This document shows, in pieces, positions 63,199-64,000 of a DNA stretch of 64,000 nt. The notes under the pieces are model-generated. The model saw only the letters and a program-made list of their open reading frames with translations, was not told where the DNA came from and made no database searches. Numbering within the stretch: the first letter of the stretch is position 1; each line of letters begins with the position of its first letter. Position numbers and translations under genes: made by a program. Source of the stretch: Bacillota bacterium (GTDB lineage Bacteria > Bacillota > Dehalobacteriia > UBA4068); assembly GCA_030527285.1 (NCBI GenBank), contig JAUNBC010000002.1, positions 32,466-96,465 on the forward strand, given 5' to 3'.

Positions 63199-64000
63199 TT
63201 ACTTATTATAGAATGGACTGGCCGCGCGCAATAATTCCACCTTATCTTTGAGCACCTGTATCGTATAGGCGATCTGCTCGGCGTTATTACCGTAGCCCAG
63301 CGAAAAGCGCAAGGCGCTGTGCAGCCAATTATTGCCAAGCCCCATCGCCTTCAGCACATGGGAAGGCTCCATCTCGCCGGAGGAACAGGCGGAGCCGGAG
63401 GAACAGGCGATACCGCTCAAATCGAGATGCAGCAGCAGCGCCTCGCCCTCGATATAATCGAAGCTGAAATTGGCGTTATGCGGCAGACGCTCGCTGGGAT
63501 GGCCGTTTAAGCGGCTGTACGGGATGCCGTTCAGCACGCCGCTGACCAGCATATCGCGCAGCTCGCGCCATGCGGCTGTCTCGCGCCGCCATGCGGCGGC
63601 CGCGTACTCGGCCGCCACGCCGAAACCGACGATACCGGGCATATTCTCGGTGCCGGAGCGCAGCTTATGCTCCTGCCCGCCGCCGTAGACGCGGCGATAC
63701 AGGGGTATATCCGGCTTCTTGTATAATGCGCCCACGCCCTTGGGGCCGTTGATCTTATGCGAGGATATGCTCATCATGTCCACGCCCAGCTCGCCGACGT
63801 CGCAGGGGATCTTGCCCGCCGACTGTACGGAATCGGTATGCATCACCGCGCCCGCCTGATGCGCCAGCGCCGCCAGCTCGCGTATCGGGTTGATAGTGCC
63901 TACCTCATTGTTGGCGTGCATGACCGTAACCAGCGCCGTATCTTCGCGCAGCGCTTCGCGCAGCGACTGTACGCTGACCATGCCGTATTCATCGACCGGC
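63199..64000 (-). CDS. nifS: Cysteine desulfurase (NifS/IscS class V aminotransferase), C-terminal ~267 aa; 5' end beyond the window
   Basis: SSHKINGPKGVGALY (PLP-Lys) and IACSSGSACSSG (catalytic Cys loop). The reading frame stays open to the window edge, so the track Met at 63981 is internal. Confidence 0.9.
   Translation of the reverse strand, partial: PVDEYGMVSVQSLREALREDTALVTVMHANNEVGTINPIRELAALAHQAGAVMHTDSVQSAGKIPCDVGELGVDMMSISSHKINGPKGVGALYKKPDIPLYRRVYGGGQEHKLRSGTENMPGIVGFGVAAEYAAAAWRRETAAWRELRDMLVSGVLNGIPYSRLNGHPSERLPHNANFSFDYIEGEALLLHLDLSGIACSSGSACSSGEMEPSHVLKAMGLGNNWLHSALRFSLGYGNNAEQIAYTIQVLKDKVELLRAASPFYNK

Overview
The window reads as conserved core chromosome of a GC-rich, endospore-forming Firmicute, probably class Clostridia. 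Coding regions are GC-rich, intergenic spacers are AT-rich, and about 90% of genes lie on the minus strand.

Minus-strand gene order, from high to low coordinate:
- nifS (partial), comM, dusB, a YbaK/ProX-like protein, greA
- ytfI/ytfJ-like genes, dacB-spmA-spmB
- rluB, cobO, a flavoprotein
- a Val-Asp-Phe-Gly tRNA operon
- a ThiXYZ-like ABC importer behind a TPP riboswitch
- GTP-PEPCK, rplS, efp
- a complete spoIIIAA-AH operon
- asp23-amaP-DUF2273-nusB, a TsaD/Kae1 paralog, nfnAB
- xseA-xseB-ispA
- an envelope operon (lipoprotein, murJ, GT4 transferase, SH3b protein)
- an alpha/beta-hydrolase, murF-like, ddl operon
- the Bacillus-like block dprA-topA-trmFO-(ABC exporter)-xerC-hslVU
- rpsB-tsf-pyrH-frr, a ferredoxin, uppS-cdsA, an AI-2E protein, dxr-rseP-ispG-proS
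- recA (partial)

Only three small islands are on the plus strand: a flavodoxin-like protein, an AbrB-like/ABC/ABC-2 module, and a DUF1015 protein.

I found no CRISPR array, mobile element, prophage, rRNA or recognisable defence system, and no convincing wholly novel multi-gene system. The best candidates for a second look are:
1. A MurF-type ligase whose N-terminal domain is replaced by a polytopic membrane domain, in an operon with an alpha/beta hydrolase and Ddl.
2. An AbrB-like/ABC/ABC-2 module driven by a perfect consensus promoter bracketed by a 10-bp inverted repeat.
3. Two small genes obscured in the ORF track: a 54-aa ferredoxin absent from it, and a 57-aa zinc-ribbon protein buried inside an over-extended ORF and sitting behind a perfect 23-nt palindrome.
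4. A tRNA-Gly with C instead of U at T-loop position 55.
5. An acidic zinc-ribbon protein with a CGCGC tail between efp and spoIIIA.

Many long ORFs in the track are antisense artefacts of GC-rich coding sequence. Several track ORFs are over-extended at the 5' end. I re-set those starts using Shine-Dalgarno position and homolog N-termini.
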